64,000 nucleotides of DNA, taken from the NCBI GenBank assembly GCA_964016885.1, contig OZ024741.1:174096001-174160000 (forward strand). Direction: 5' to 3'. Numbering within the stretch: position 1 is the first letter of the stretch; every line of letters begins with the position of its first letter. Source of the stretch: Eledone cirrhosa (Eukaryota). The position numbers were made by a program, and so were the translations under genes. Shown here piece by piece: positions 35,901 to 48,563 of the stretch. The notes beneath the pieces are model-generated. The model was given only the letters and a program-made list of their open reading frames with translations. It searched no databases and had not been told where the DNA came from.

Positions 35901-35995
35901 TGTGTTGTATGCTGTGTGTTATGTGTTGTATGCTGTGTAATGTGTTGTATGCTGTGTAATGTGTTATGTATTGTGTGTTTTATGCTATTTGCTGT
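32990..35995. repeat. TG-rich 19-bp minisatellite (TGTGTTGTATGCTGTGTAA / TGTGTTGTATGCTGTGTGT)
   Basis: About 3 kb of tandem units of two main types, more degenerate at the 5' edge. Confidence 0.95.
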
Positions 35996-36274
35996 GTTCT
36001 CTTGAAAATATCATTTGATGAATTTTCTTCCCTCTCCTTTCCTGTCCTCTTCTCCTCACCTCCTCTCTTCCCTCCTCTATCTCGTCCTCACCTCTCTTTT
36101 CTCCTATATCTCCTCCCCCCTCCTCTCTCCTGTCCTTTTTCCCCTCAATTTGTTCTGACTTGTACAATATGGTTTTTCTGTCATTTGTCTTTTAGGAAAA
36201 TCAATGAATTACAAACAAACAAAAATAAATAAAAAGTGTATATGTCACTGTACTTTTGTAACTCTCTATTTCTC

Positions 36275-36353
<79 letters not shown>

Positions 36354-36459
36354 AACATGTATATATAATAAATAAACTTCCCAAATGAGAAAATTTGTCC
36401 CTTGTCTTCAGAATCTGAATGAGAAAACTGTCATTTAGGAATATTATTAAGAAAGACAC

Positions 36460-36493
<34 letters not shown>

Positions 36494-36608
36494 CATACAC
36501 ATATACACACACACATACATAAACACACTCACATATATATATATATATATATACATACACACACAAACACATACATATATATATAATATATGTATATCTT
36601 ATCTTTAG

Positions 36609-36750
36609 AATCTGCCGTAAAGCGCCGTCTGTTGTTGATTAAACTTCACAGCACTAATTATGTGTTTAAAGAACTCAAGACTACTGCAGAGAATACATAT
36701 AAACCTATAAAAGACTGGATAGGTATGCGATTTCTGACACAGATAGAAAG
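36609..36750 (+). CDS. SPEF2: SPEF2 homolog, exon B (142 bp, phase 1-2)
   Basis: CTTTAG|...|GTGAAG. Encodes ESAVKRRLLLIKLHSTNYVFKELKTTAENTYKPIKDWIGMRFLTQIES, compared with recalled SPEF2 FRLELIK...YKLMEKWLGERYLNE. Confidence 0.88.
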
Positions 36751-36899
36751 GTGAAGTAAATACTTTAATATATTCATATTCTTGATATTTGTTTGATTTT
36801 TGTTTTTGTTTTTTTTCAATTTTTCTGTTAAAATGAAACAATTTTCTGGTACTCTTCATTCCAGACCCATGCCAGTTTATCCATTTTGACAGATTAGAC

Positions 36900-37174
36900 C
36901 AGTAGTTCCCAAACAATGTGTCACAGTGCATTGATGTGCCATTAGATGTAATTAGATGCCCCACAAAAGACTAAGATTAAGTTTTAAGATGTGAAAAAGA
37001 AAATTCATATATTGCTGTCAAAGTTTACTAACAAGATTTGCAGAAAATTGCACAATCTGTCAACTCTGTTAAGAATGAGAGGTGGTTTGTAGGGTTAGTT
37101 TGGTACAAAAGGCACTGGCATATTTTTACTTTTTCAAAAATGCGCTGTGAGTAAAAAACGACTAGGGACCACTG
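36900..37174. mobile_element. hAT-type MITE
   Basis: TIRs CAGTAGTTCCCAAAC / CTAGGGACCACTG, with an 8-bp TSD GATTAGAC/GACTAGAC (1 mismatch). Confidence 0.72.
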
Positions 37175-37996
37175 GACTAGACAATAATTCACCAGAATCA
37201 CATTAAGACAGAAGTGGCCTCCCTACTCTAAAATTATATTAATAATTGTTTCTACTTTTGGCACAAGGCCAGCAATTACCCCAGTGCATTACTGGTACTT
37301 TATTTTATTGACCCTGTAAGGATGAAAGGCAAAGTTAACCTCGGCGGGATTTGAACTCAGAACGTAAGGGGACGTAACTAAATACGGCAAAGCATGGTGT
37401 CTGATGCACTACTGCTTCTGCCATAATAAAGTGCAAATGTTTAAAACTAAATCTAATGCCACATGATAAACCTTTTGTAAGCATATTTCTAATTAATTAC
37501 TCTCCCTGCTATCTATGATTACCAAAAGTGCATGGTTTAGTGGTAAGGGCATTGCTCTCGCAATTGTAATGTTGTGAATTTGATCCCTGGATGAGGTAGT
37601 GTGTCGTGTCCTTGAGAAAGGCACTTCATTTCACACTGTTCAAGTTCTGTCAGTTGAGTAAAGCAAATGAGTACCTGTGGTAGTTGGAGTTAACCTTATG
37701 ACAGACCTGTGTCTCATCCAAGGGTGAGTTTTATAATCTCAGTTAGTTAACACCATATGAAACCAGGATAAACTCTGGCCTTCATCCAACATGGGGAAAT
37801 GAACATAAAACCAATGATGATGATGTTGATGATGATAGCCAAGCACCCTCACGAGCATCACTTGATACTTTAGTAACTGACACCATCAAATTTTGTAATT
37901 ATCTTTTTGAAATTGCTTCCATGTAAAATTCAGCTGTTTGTTTTTTTCAAAGCAAATTATTACTAAAACTATTTAAAATATTATTATTTATTGCAG

Positions 37997-38096
37997 TATT
38001 GACACAATGGCAGAGGTGATGAAAAATGCCATTGAAAATGGTGAAAAACTGGAGAGAGAAATTGTACTTGATGATGGAGAGTTTTATATAGATGAA
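37997..38096 (+). CDS. SPEF2: SPEF2 homolog, exon C (100 bp, phase 2-0)
   Basis: TTGCAG|...|GTAAG. Encodes IDTMAEVMKNAIENGEKLEREIVLDDGEFYIDE, compared with recalled HIETSTKIQNELYLSQEDFFING. Confidence 0.9.
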
Positions 38097-38794
38097 GTAA
38101 GCAAAATTTTTCATTTTTTCATTGATTAACATATATACATGAATAGGTGTGTGGCCTAGTGGTTAAGGTGTTGGGTTAATAATCATGAAGTTGTGGGCTC
38201 TATTCCTGAATGAGGTAGTGCATTATGTTTTTGAGCAAGGTGCCTCACTTCACATTGCTTTTCATGATAGGACTGGACCCTCTATCATTAAAACACATAA
38301 GAAACCCCCTATAAGATGCAACCTTGTGGAAGGACAGCTAAACTAGCAGAGGTGTGAGCTGTAAATTTTTATTTTCTTTCAATATACTTAAATATAATGT
38401 GAGTTATTCTGATCAAATTTTTACACAAATATAGGAGGTTTACCTATACATTTGGATTTGTTTATATATTATTTTCATGAACATTAATTGAAGTTCATTG
38501 TCTATTTATCTGTTTTGAAATCAAATTCATAATACCTTCCATTGTCCTTAAGTGTGTTTTGGCTCTGCATTAAAACATTTAAAGGATTGCCTGTTTAGTT
38601 TACTTCCAGCAGTCCCTGCTTCATATAATCTCAAGTCCAACACAATGACCATTCTCTTCTTCCTCCATCAACAACCATTCATTCAGTGGGGACTTTTATG
38701 TGTAACACTCTACATTTATGGAATTCTTTGCCAGCCAATATAAAAATGATTGTAATAAATAGAAATAACTATAAATTGTAATAAAAGTCAATAA

Positions 38795-39165
38795 TGGGAT
38801 TCTTCTGAAGAATGTTTGGAGTAACGTTACTTGATAAAGTGGATAGCTCAGAGATCAGAGTCACTCCAGGTAGAGCCACTACTTCTCTGAATTAAGAGAT
38901 CACAGTTCTGATACTATGGGCATGTGGTTAGAATGTCTCAGGAAAGAATTGCTGGACAGATTTTACAGGCAAAACCAACTGGCAGGATACCCAGGAGTAG
39001 ACCCTGAGCAAGATGGTTGGATAACAACCATGAGCTTAGCTGGTCTCACTTGGGGATCAAGCCGGATCAGTAGGAGATGGGTGCTTCTGACAGGACCCAC
39101 TGGAAAGAGTGTTTGAGGAATCTGCCCCGACAACTCTCTCAAGAATAAGTGGACGAAGAGGAAGA
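38795..39165 (+). mobile_element. RTE (Rex3/Expander-like) 3' fragment; a related copy lies at 54445-54865 on the minus strand
   Basis: MGF.RMFGVTLLDKVDSSEIR...VEPLLL.I.RSQ..YYGHVVRM. The two copies are reverse complements. Confidence 0.75.
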
Positions 39166-39374
39166 AGTCAACAAGGAAATGTTCCCAGATAGGTGAATAT
39201 GACCCTATCCTGGGGTAATTCCCTGTGTAAAAACACTCACAATAACTCTAGATTATCTGTTACATCAAGGGAATGAATGTCTAAAGATTCTGTATGACTT
39301 TCTTGGGAATTTGTCCTTTTTATTTTTTTACAATAACAATAAGTATCAGATGATTCATTCTTGAATATTACCAG

Positions 39375-39479
39375 GAACACCTTGCACTGAAGCATTCTTC
39401 TCCAGAACCAGTCCCAGAATTTATAGAATACCATCCCAATCAAATGACATGTCTGCAATTGTCAGCTTTCTTGACACAG
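39375..39479 (+). CDS. SPEF2: SPEF2 homolog, exon D (105 bp, phase 0-0)
   Basis: TACCAG|...|GTAAG. Encodes EHLALKHSSPEPVPEFIEYHPNQMTCLQLSAFLTQ, compared with recalled PDPPPSIRPPPVE...LTIEQLDSLRDQ. Confidence 0.82.
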
Positions 39480-40488
39480 GTAAGACCAAATTGGATTTTT
39501 TTCTGATATCATGCAAAATACTGTTTTTGCTTTCATTATTATGCAATACAAGGGCGATGGATTGGCAGTATCGGTGGAGGGTCGGACGCCATGCTTTGCA
39601 GCAAAGAGTTACGGCCCTTTATGGTCTGAGTTCAAATCCCGCCGAGGTTAACTTTGCCTTTCATCCTTACAGGGTCGATAAAATAAAGTACCAGTAATAC
39701 ACTGGGTGATTGCTGGCCTTGTGCAATACATGCAATACATGTTATTATGCAATAACAATGTTATTATGCAATAACATGTATACATTCATATTATGTATAT
39801 GTCTTTTTATAATTGTTTCTGCTCAATAACTTGTTCACATTTCATATGATATGTGTATTATTATTGTTATTTATGTTCAGTGACTTGTTACATGTCGTAT
39901 GTGTATTATTATTATGGTGAATTGGCAGTATCGGTAGAGGGTCGGACATGCTTTCCAGCATAGTTACGTCCCTTTACGATCTCAGTTCAAATCCCACCGA
40001 GGTTAACTTTGCCTTTCATCCTTACGGGGTCGATAAAATAAAGTACCAGTAATGTACTGGGATAATTGCTGGCCTTGTGCCAAAAGTAGAAACAATTATT
40101 ATTATTATCATACTTATTTTCAATAACTTGTCTACATTTCATATGTGTATTATTATTGTTGTTATTTGCATTCAGTAACTTGTTTACATTCATATATTAT
40201 GTCTTATTTGTTTATGTTCAATTAATTGTCTACTTTTCACATGTGCCTTGTAATTGTTTACATTAAATAAATGTTTATGCTCAATAACTTGTCAACATTC
40301 AGCCATCAACAATATACGGATTTACACCCCCAGCTACTTGCAGCCAGTAGAGCACTATCAACGCTTGGAGATCTTCTGGGTATATATGTATTACCCACTC
40401 TACTACTTTAAGTATTGAGTACTCTGGTGTGTTATGGTCCACCTGGTATCTTACCACACCTTCTTTGTTATATATATATATATAAAAA

Positions 40489-41370
40489 ATGTTTAGCCCT
40501 CTTAGATACCGCTCCATCTTTAACAGACACAGAGGAAAACTAGGGTGCTCCTGCACTAAAAATATGAAGGCCCACATCACCAACAGTCCTAAGAGCGGCA
40601 CCCCACCAGGATGCTCTTGCCGAAAGCCTGAAGCTTGTCCCCTTCAACAGCAATGCAACACACCCGCTGTAGTTTATGAAGCTGTGGTCCCTTCCAATCG
40701 ACCAAACCAACCACAGGAGATCAAATCCTATGTGGGTATGGCGGAGGGCCGATTTAAGGAACGCTTCCTGAACCATCAGTCGACCTTTAGGAACCTGGAC
40801 AAACGATCATCCACGAAACTCGCGAGCCATGTATAGTTTCCTCAAGGAATCAGGTATAGACTATTCCATCGATGGAAAGCTATCACTAAGTCCAAGCCAT
40901 ATGTAAGGGGCAATCTGTCTTGTGGACTGTATATTGAAGAAAGGATAAATATTCTAAGGAGATTACGCAATAGTGATTGCCTAAATTCTAGAAATGAAAT
41001 CTTCACACGCTGTCTAAATGTCTGGAAACACCTCTTATATAACTACAAAGTTCCGGATTGAATAACAACAACATTCTAATTTTCTAATCAACTCGAACAT
41101 CTTTTCCGGACTTTCTCAGTTATCTCCCTTACACTCTTCGTCTGTGGTTTTACATTGCTTGGGTGAAGTGACCGTTTCTGCGCGTGCGCATTCACACGGT
41201 TGTTCTTCCTGTTCTGTATAACCATGACCAGTCCGACCTGAAGATCCACATAAGGTGAAACAATTGTTCTCGGTATGGTGAACTAATTGTTGTGTTACTA
41301 TTTCTACCAAACTCGTCCCATGGACTGAGTGCTCTACCACTACGGATATTACCTTCCAGTGTTCTACCTC
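40489..41370 (+). mobile_element. 5'-truncated Naiad-like PLE: mutated GIY-YIG region plus 3' UTR with an HHR
   Basis: CSCRKPEACPLQQQC, VVYEA...YVGMAEGRFKERFLNH, LNSRNEIFTRC, stop at 41059-41061. Internal stop and frameshifts. Flanked by (TA)n and (CT)n(TA)n. Confidence 0.85.
41221..41279 (+). ncRNA. Minimal type I hammerhead motif in a PLE 3' UTR
   Basis: CCGAC CTGAAGA(41238-41244) TCCACATAAGGT GAAA(41257-41260) CAATTG T T CTCGG. Stem III is the palindrome ACAATTGT. Stem I CCGA/TCGG is extended by ACCAT/ATGGT. Closing pairs of stems I and II are mismatched. Confidence 0.62.
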
Positions 41371-41717
41371 TCCCTCTCTCTCTCTCTCTATATATATATA
41401 TATGAGAAAAACGTGCTGCAGGGTTGCTAATGGGTTACATATGAATAAAGTTAGTCCTTCATCAGTGATCTTCCAACCATCATTGGTATTTCATCGCTTT
41501 AAAGACCATATACCTCCGGTTGGTGCGAGCAACGGCTAAAAAAAGTCGTTGGGACACGTAAATAAAGGGAACACGAGTGTAAACAAACAAAATGGTGAAG
41601 CAACGAAAAGTGAGGAAGAAGGAGTCAAGTCACAAATTTCTATGAATTTAAATTCGGTGAAATCGTGAATGAGAGAGAATAAAGACCATCAAACCTGGTT
41701 GGAATGTAAGCAAGGAA

Positions 41718-41817
<100 letters not shown>

Positions 41818-41838
41818 GTATGTATATGTATATATGTA

Positions 41839-41899
<61 letters not shown>

Positions 41900-41957
41900 A
41901 TACTTTGGGAGGGTCATGTTTTCAGATAAAGAATCATGGTAAACAAATTCAGAAACG

Positions 41958-42029
<72 letters not shown>

Positions 42030-42344
42030 GAAAAGAATTAGTTCACTTGTAGTGCTAAAATATTTATGATTTAATGTTATAATATAATATTATAATATTA
42101 TGAGATGGTAGATCCAGTAAGTTCTTTGTTAACTTCGGTGCGAAGAATTTTAGAGATTCCTGGTTAACTTGGGTTGGAGAACTTTGTCGCATTCATCTGT
42201 CTGTGGCGATTGTCAAACTGAGATCAGGTTGTGTTGAAATGTGTGACTATATATAAGAGAGATTTACTATGGCCCCTCCCCGCACATGCTTCTAGCTGCT
42301 GCCCTGTGTGAAGAGGTTGATGATGGGAAGGTCATCCAGCAGTG

Positions 42345-42852
42345 GAGGGCTTGCCAAACAAAGGTTCGGGAGGACGCTTCAGTCATGTCAAGGTGTGAGA
42401 GCCTCTCTAGTGTTTGGGGATCTGCTGGATAAATGCACCCAATACATGCTGTAAAGTGGTTGGTGATAGGAAGAGCATCCAGCCATAGAAAACTTGCCAA
42501 ATAAAGGGTTGGGAGCACCCTCAGTTTTGTCAAGGACATGACAACCTCCCTAGTGTTGGTGATCTACACAATAAATACACCCAGGTCACGTTGTAAAGTG
42601 GCTGGTGATAGAAAGGGTATCCAGCTATAGAAAGCTTACCAAATAAAGGGTTGGGAGGATCCTCAGTTGTGCCAAAGACATAACAACCTCCCCTGTGCAC
42701 TTGGTAGAACATGAAACCCATACATAAGTGAGACAACAGATCCCTGGCTTGTCTAGGAGATCAGTAGCCACCGCTTCAGTCTTGACTTTGTTTATGTAAA
42801 CCTGTCCAACCCTTGCTAGCATGGAAAGTGAACGTTAAAAGATGATGATGAT
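42345..42852 (+). mobile_element. Non-autonomous RTE-tailed element built from ~137-bp tandem units (related sequences near 5580-5920, 29525-29760, 46000-46355, 54215-54430)
   Basis: Repeated GTAAAGTGG(T/C)TGGTGATAG.AAG.G.ATCCAGC.ATAGAAA unit. The 3' end GCTAGCATGGAAAGTGAACGTTAAAAGATGATGATG is shared with the RTE tails. Confidence 0.6.
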
Positions 42853-43012
42853 ATATATAGCTTATAATTGTTTGTTAAATAACGTGTCTGCATTCATATT
42901 ATATAATTGTTTATGTTAAATAGTATGTTAAATAGTATGTCACAGTATATATATCTTATAATTGTTTTATATTCAATAATTTGCCTACATCCATACATGT
43001 ATATGTATATAT

Positions 43013-43092
43013 ATATTATTCAAAATATTAATAAATGGAGACATTTACATAATTATGTAAATGTCTCCATTTATTAATATTTTGAATAATAT
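43013..43092. repeat. Perfect 80-bp palindrome with no spacer
   Basis: ATATTATTCAAAATATTAATAAATGGAGACATTTACATAA|TTATGTAAATGTCTCCATTTATTAATATTTTGAATAATAT. Confidence 0.92.
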
Positions 43093-43387
43093 TAATAACT
43101 CCAGAAAACTTCACTGTTGAGTGCTTTTAATCTATTGTAAAACTATATTCATTGAGTAATCAATGAACCTTATTAACATTTGGTTATATATATATATATA
43201 TATATGTGTGTGTATATATATATTATATATCATCATCATCATCATCATCATCGTTTTTACATCAATTTTTCCATGCTTATATATATATATATATCATGTT
43301 ATAGTTGTTTATATTCATTAACATGTCAACATTCATATTACAAGTCTCTTAGTAGTTATTTACATTCAATTATTTGTCTACTTTCAG

Positions 43388-43516
43388 TTCCAGTTTGTTG
43401 CTCCAATGGGGTTCATAAACACTAAATTTTTCCAAGAAACATTAGAAGATTTAGTATTTACTTCCCAAGGTATAGCTGCTTTGCCTGATGTTTGGGTACA
43501 AACGAATTTTCCTCGA
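43388..43516 (+). CDS. SPEF2: SPEF2 homolog, exon E (129 bp, phase 0-0)
   Basis: TTTCAG|...|GTGAGT. Encodes FQFVAPMGFINTKFFQETLEDLVFTSQGIAALPDVWVQTNFPR, compared with recalled FLDMAPKGIIGNKAFTDILIDLVTLNLGTNNFPSNW. Confidence 0.92.
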
Positions 43517-44689
43517 GTGAGTTAGGACAAAATTGTCTTCTTTTTTTATGTGAAAATTTCATCATACATATTGACTGGGAATGGTTATATTAAAAAAATC
43601 TCTTTTTTTTTTAAGAATTGGTTGGGATGTGATTTGTAAATTTGAATTTTTTTTTTCATCATTTAGACTGGAGGAAAGACAATAGCCATGACCCTTTTTC
43701 AAGTGTTTGGAAGATTAGTAAGAAGCAGGGAGGAAGTTATACTTAAACCAAAGACTTGTCTTGAATGCTTGCAACAGAGTGGTTCCCTTTCGCAATGGGC
43801 TCAAGAGGAAGTCTCACTGTGTTAATGTTACTCATTTATTTATTACCCATTATCAATATTAATTGTAAAATTATTGCTAAACACTAAGAATAATGATTTC
43901 TAATTTAGGTAAAAGTTCAGCAATTTGTGGGAAGGGGTTTTGTTGAACTCAGAGCCAGAAGAAATATCACAAAGAGTTTTATCTGATATTCAAGTGATTC
44001 TCTCAATCTACCAATGATACCAACAACAATAACTTATACATTGACCATTTCAAATTATTATTGTTACTAGCAGAAAACCACCCTTCGTGTAGTGTGTATA
44101 TTGATATTATATGCAAGTATATATACATGTGATATGATACATCAAATAAAATCATAATTGACAATATACACAGAAATTGAACGCAGACTGTGTTACACTG
44201 TCTTATGTAATCAGTAGCATAATCCATGATACATTAAAAAAAAATGATATTATATATAAACTGCATTAGGAGAAAATTAGTGACAGAAAATTAATATGTT
44301 TATTTAAGCGATCGCCACCAGAAGTGTTGACATTTAAACATTTAAAAAAAGTGAATCTTTAAATAAATAATAAAATATATTTAATGAACAGCCACGAAAT
44401 TTAGTAGATAAATGATGTAATATTCATTCATTATTTATTCAAAGTAATCCAACTTATTTTACTAACGGGATAAAAAATTATAAACTGTACACAGTCCTGC
44501 GCTCCTTACTTTATTATAGTTTAGATTGTTGTTGCTAAACACTATAATGGTTTTTAATTTAAGTACATAGAAAAAAACATTACTAGGCACTGTACACTTA
44601 TTACAAAAAGTTCTCTCAATATAATAGAAAAAACACTGCACATACCCAAGACACACGGAGTTGTGCTCAGTAATGCAATGATGATATAT

Positions 44690-45038
44690 ACAGACAACAA
44701 TATATCTATCAATGAACAGGAGAAATTAACCAAATATAAAGATCTGGAGATAGGAATAACCCAAATATGAATGATGAAAACCAAAACTATCCCTACAATA
44801 ATAGGTGCACTGGGAATAAAAAAAACATGCAGACAAATACATAACCAAAACCCTAGAACTTACAAATATATACAGTATACAGAAAATAGTACTACAAAGC
44901 ACTGCACACATATTATGAAGAGTATTCTCAATAAAATAGAAACGATACTAAAAGCAACTCTGCCCATACCCAAGGTGCACAAGGCTCTGGTCTGTAATGT
45001 AGTGACATCATATAATGAAAATAGGACAAATAATAATT
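44690..45038 (+). mobile_element. Dong/R4 LINE 3' fragment
   Basis: DNNISINEQEKLTKYKDLEI...TIPTIIGALG matches the RLE C-terminus. Ends in AATAATAAT. Confidence 0.72.
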
Positions 45039-45561
45039 ATATTAATTGTTTCTACATTTGGCACAAGGTCAGCAATTTGAAGGGCAGAGTAAAGTCGATT
45101 AAATCGACCCTAGTGCGTTACCTGTACTTTATTTTATCAAGCCTGTAAGGATAGAACGCAAAACTAATCTCTGCGGGATTTGAACTCAGAATGTAAAGAG
45201 CCATAATTATATGCTGCAAAGCATCTTGTCTGATGCGCTTACCAGTTCTACCAGTTCACCAATCTAAAAATAATAATAATGGTTTCTGATTTAGGCACAA
45301 GGCCAACAATTTTTTGGACAGGGCAAAGTCGATTAAATCGATCCCAGTATGTTACTGGTGTATTATTTTATCGACCTTGTAAGAATAAAAGGTAAAGCTA
45401 ACCTCGATGGGATTTGAACTCAGAATGTAAAGGGCTGTAACTATATGCCACAAAGCATCTTGTCTGATGCTCTAATGATACTGCCAGTTCATCACTTTAA
45501 TAATCATAATAATAATTGAAATGGTTAAAATAAATTCCTCTTGATTGATGTTTCATTTCAG

Positions 45562-45756
45562 GTTCAACAAAATATTCAAACACTTGCAAAAAGGATTTCT
45601 TCAAACACTGACTTTATTGACTGGCGCCGATTTATTTTGTGGGGTTCATATCCATTCCCTCTTCCCTCCATGCAAAATTTGGTGGACCTTTTTGTCTCGT
45701 ATTACAAACTAGATGTTAACAACACTGGCTTTATTAACTATGAAATGTTTAACTCT
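45562..45756 (+). CDS. SPEF2: SPEF2 homolog, exon F (195 bp, phase 0-0)
   Basis: TTTCAG|...|GTAAGT. Encodes VQQNIQTLAKRISSNTDFIDWRRFILWGSYPFPLPSMQNLVDLFVSYYKLDVNNTGFINYEMFNS, compared with recalled EFVDWRKFLL...PWPIP...AVDKEQLGTITFEQY (EF-hand-like). Confidence 0.93.
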
Positions 45757-47944
45757 GTAAGTAATGTGTTTCTTTAGTTATGCTTATGTTTTTTTTCAAC
45801 TCAAACCTCCTATCCACTACCAAAAAGCAATATGTTGCTATCAGTGTCACTCTCCTTCTGCTACTATCCTATCATTCTATTCCACCCACTAAACATTTCA
45901 TACTATCCATTCTTTCAATTCTTGGCTTCACTCTCTTTCTCAGAACTCTCTCAATCATGTTTGCCTTGAAAAAATAGAGACTACAAAGATGGAGAGCTCT
46001 CTTTAATATTGCATCAGACCAGGCAACTTCTCTAGTGTTGGTGTCATGATAAAACGCACCTAGTGTATCCTGTAAAATAGTTGACAATAGAACAGAAACA
46101 CTATAAGGTAGAAAGGGTTCTTTTGTCATGGTGAGGACATGGCAATATCTCTAGTGTTGGGGCCATGATAACAACCATCCAGTACACTCTGTTAAGTAAT
46201 TGCTGTTAGGAAAGATATTCAGCTGTAGAAACCATGTCAAACATTGAAACATATTAGCAACATATTATAACTATAGGAAGGTTGTAATTCCAAGTAAGAA
46301 CTGACTCAAGTCATGATAATCTGTACAACCTATACAGGCATGGAAAATTGACCTAAAATCATTTTGTGCTTCTGTTTTCTTTTAACCTCAGCATTTCCAA
46401 CATAAAAATTCTGTTTACACAATGATAAAACCATCAAATTGGTAAAACAAAAATTTTCAAGCATTAATACTCTTAACTTTTAACATCCTATAATAATATA
46501 GCAGAGAATATCTAAAAATAGGTTTGTTAATTCAAATGCTTCTTGTATCTTTACTAGGGGATAGTTCATTAACCCTTTAGCATTTAAACTGGCTGTATTC
46601 GGCCAGAATTGTCTCACATCTTTCAGTTCAAACCGGCTGTAACCAGCCACTCATACTGATATTAAGGTGTTGTTCTTAAAATAAATAATATCAAAATCTC
46701 ATAGATTCGATATTATGTGATATAATCATGTGAGATAACTCCTTTGCCATGAAAATACAATCGTAAATATTGAGTAATGAAAATGGTAAAGGGTTAATAC
46801 CCTTAAATGACACTGTTCATTTTAGCCCAAGTATACATGTGAAGGTAAGAAGTTTGCTTCATGGTCACAAGGTTCAAAGTTCAACCTCAATCTGCAGCCA
46901 GCACCTACGGCAAGTATCTATGAGAGATGTAGTCACAGTAGTCAATCACATTGACACTAGGTGTGGCACAGGAAGATGGGGGCTATTAAAGTATTTGTAT
47001 AGAAGATGAATGTATAAGTAAGGCATCAAGGCTGGAGGCATAAGAATGTGCTATGTTGGGTGTATCTAGGGAGTAGCTGAAGGGATGAAGGGAGCAGTTT
47101 GCCCTAGACAACACTTTTATGGGTGTGGCACATTTGAGTTTGTTGTATAAGCTTGTATAGGCTGAATTGAATAAGAAGCAAGGTGTGGGTACAAACTTAA
47201 GGGCTGCCCCAAGCAGCACACACTCTAGCTATGCCACTGCTAGGGGGAAAGAAAATCTCTAACTTACAGGCTGATTACTGGAGTGAGGTGATGGCAATAT
47301 TGGTTTCATTGGGCTCAGTACAATCCTGGGTCTTATTTTCTTGACCATTACAAGATATGAACTAAGAACCAAAGGAATGAAACTAAATACTGTAATATAT
47401 TTAGTCTAACACTCTACTCCACTACCTTTTCATATAAAATAAACCTCTGTGCTTTCTGATGATAAATGTTCCAGTTGTTTGGTCAATAGAATGGCCTACA
47501 TGTTAAATAAATGGGCAAGTGGCTGAGTATTCCATAGTTACATGTACCTTTAACAATTTTTAGTGTTACACAGCTTATATCAAGACCGGCTCTTTGAATT
47601 ACAGACACAGTTCACTTGATGGGCTTCCAAAGAGTTTCTGTCTACACACTTTTACTCACAATGCTTGGTTCAACTCAAGGATATAGTAAAAGACATTTGC
47701 CCAAGGTGACACACAATAGGACCAACCTGTAACACCGTGATTATGAGGCAAACTTCACAATATAATTTAATATAAAATATTTTTGTTTTGAAATTTTAAA
47801 TCATATACTTTATTTCTTAAATATATTTTTGTCAAATATGGAAACAAAATTGTCTCTTTGAAAAATACAATTCTTAATGAAATCTAACTCCAATTATAAT
47901 TTCCTTACTGAAGTTTAATTCCAATTATATATTTATTTAAATAG

Positions 47945-48085
47945 GTTCCTTTCTGGTCTGAGGAAGACATAAAAAAACATAATGAAAACTACAATTTTGA
48001 CAGGTCAACAAAATTAAAAGATATTTTCTTCGATCTTTTCTCAGAAGTTGGTAAACAGCCACCTGTACTAAATTATGAGAAAATG
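47945..48085 (+). CDS. SPEF2: SPEF2 homolog, exon G (141 bp, phase 0-0)
   Basis: AAATAG|...|GTATGT. Encodes VPFWSEEDIKKHNENYNFDRSTKLKDIFFDLFSEVGKQPPVLNYEKM, compared with recalled FNRQEHLIEFFFRLFADYEKDPPQLDYTQM. Confidence 0.93.
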
Positions 48086-48288
48086 GTATGTAGTTTACTT
48101 ATATATATATATATATATATGCCATGTATATCTGTGCAATGTTTATCCCAGATTTGAGAATTGTTGTAAAAGGCAACTACAAGTGTTAATGACAAGAAAG
48201 GCATCTGGCTGTAAAACATTGTCCTAAATCATCCAATTCAACCAATGCACGCATGGAAAAGTGGATGTAAAACGATTATGATGATATA

Positions 48289-48322
<34 letters not shown>

Positions 48323-48517
48323 AAGAGAGAGAGAGAGAAAGAGAGTGAGAGAGAATTAGAATTTAGCTTCGAACATAGCTGTATACAAATATGTATCTGA
48401 ATTTCGTATTACTAAAGAAATACGGTATGTTTATAAATAAACATTTAGAAAGCCATAGCTATGAAAAACACTGGCAGCCAACGCCACTGAGCGGTATTTG
48501 GCAGAAGCAAGGGAAAC

Positions 48518-48563
48518 AACCGTTGATGCATTTCGAACTCAACTGGTTCTCGTCAGGACAATC
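48518..48563 (-). ncRNA. Minimal type I hammerhead ribozyme with canonical core
   Basis: The minus strand reads GATTGTC CTGACGA GAAC CAGTTGA GTTC GAAA TGCA TC AACGGTT. Stem II is a perfect 4 bp with G10.1-C11.1. Stem III is the palindrome ATGCAT. AUC site. Stem I is rich in GU pairs. Confidence 0.8.

Noticed and set aside
32999-35959. Multiple Cys/Val/Leu-rich ORFs resembling keratin-associated or metallothionein-like proteins
   Set aside because: They are artefacts of the 19-bp TG-rich minisatellite and occur in all frames.
41440-41530. Minus-strand GAAA...CTGATGA as a type II or tandem hammerhead
   Set aside because: I could not build consistent stems I-III or a UH site. At most it is a decayed remnant.
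43096-43160. Possible SPEF2 exon (PENFTVE resembles TLTIEQ)
   Set aside because: An in-frame TAA follows, and the equivalent segment is already supplied by exon D at 39375-39479.
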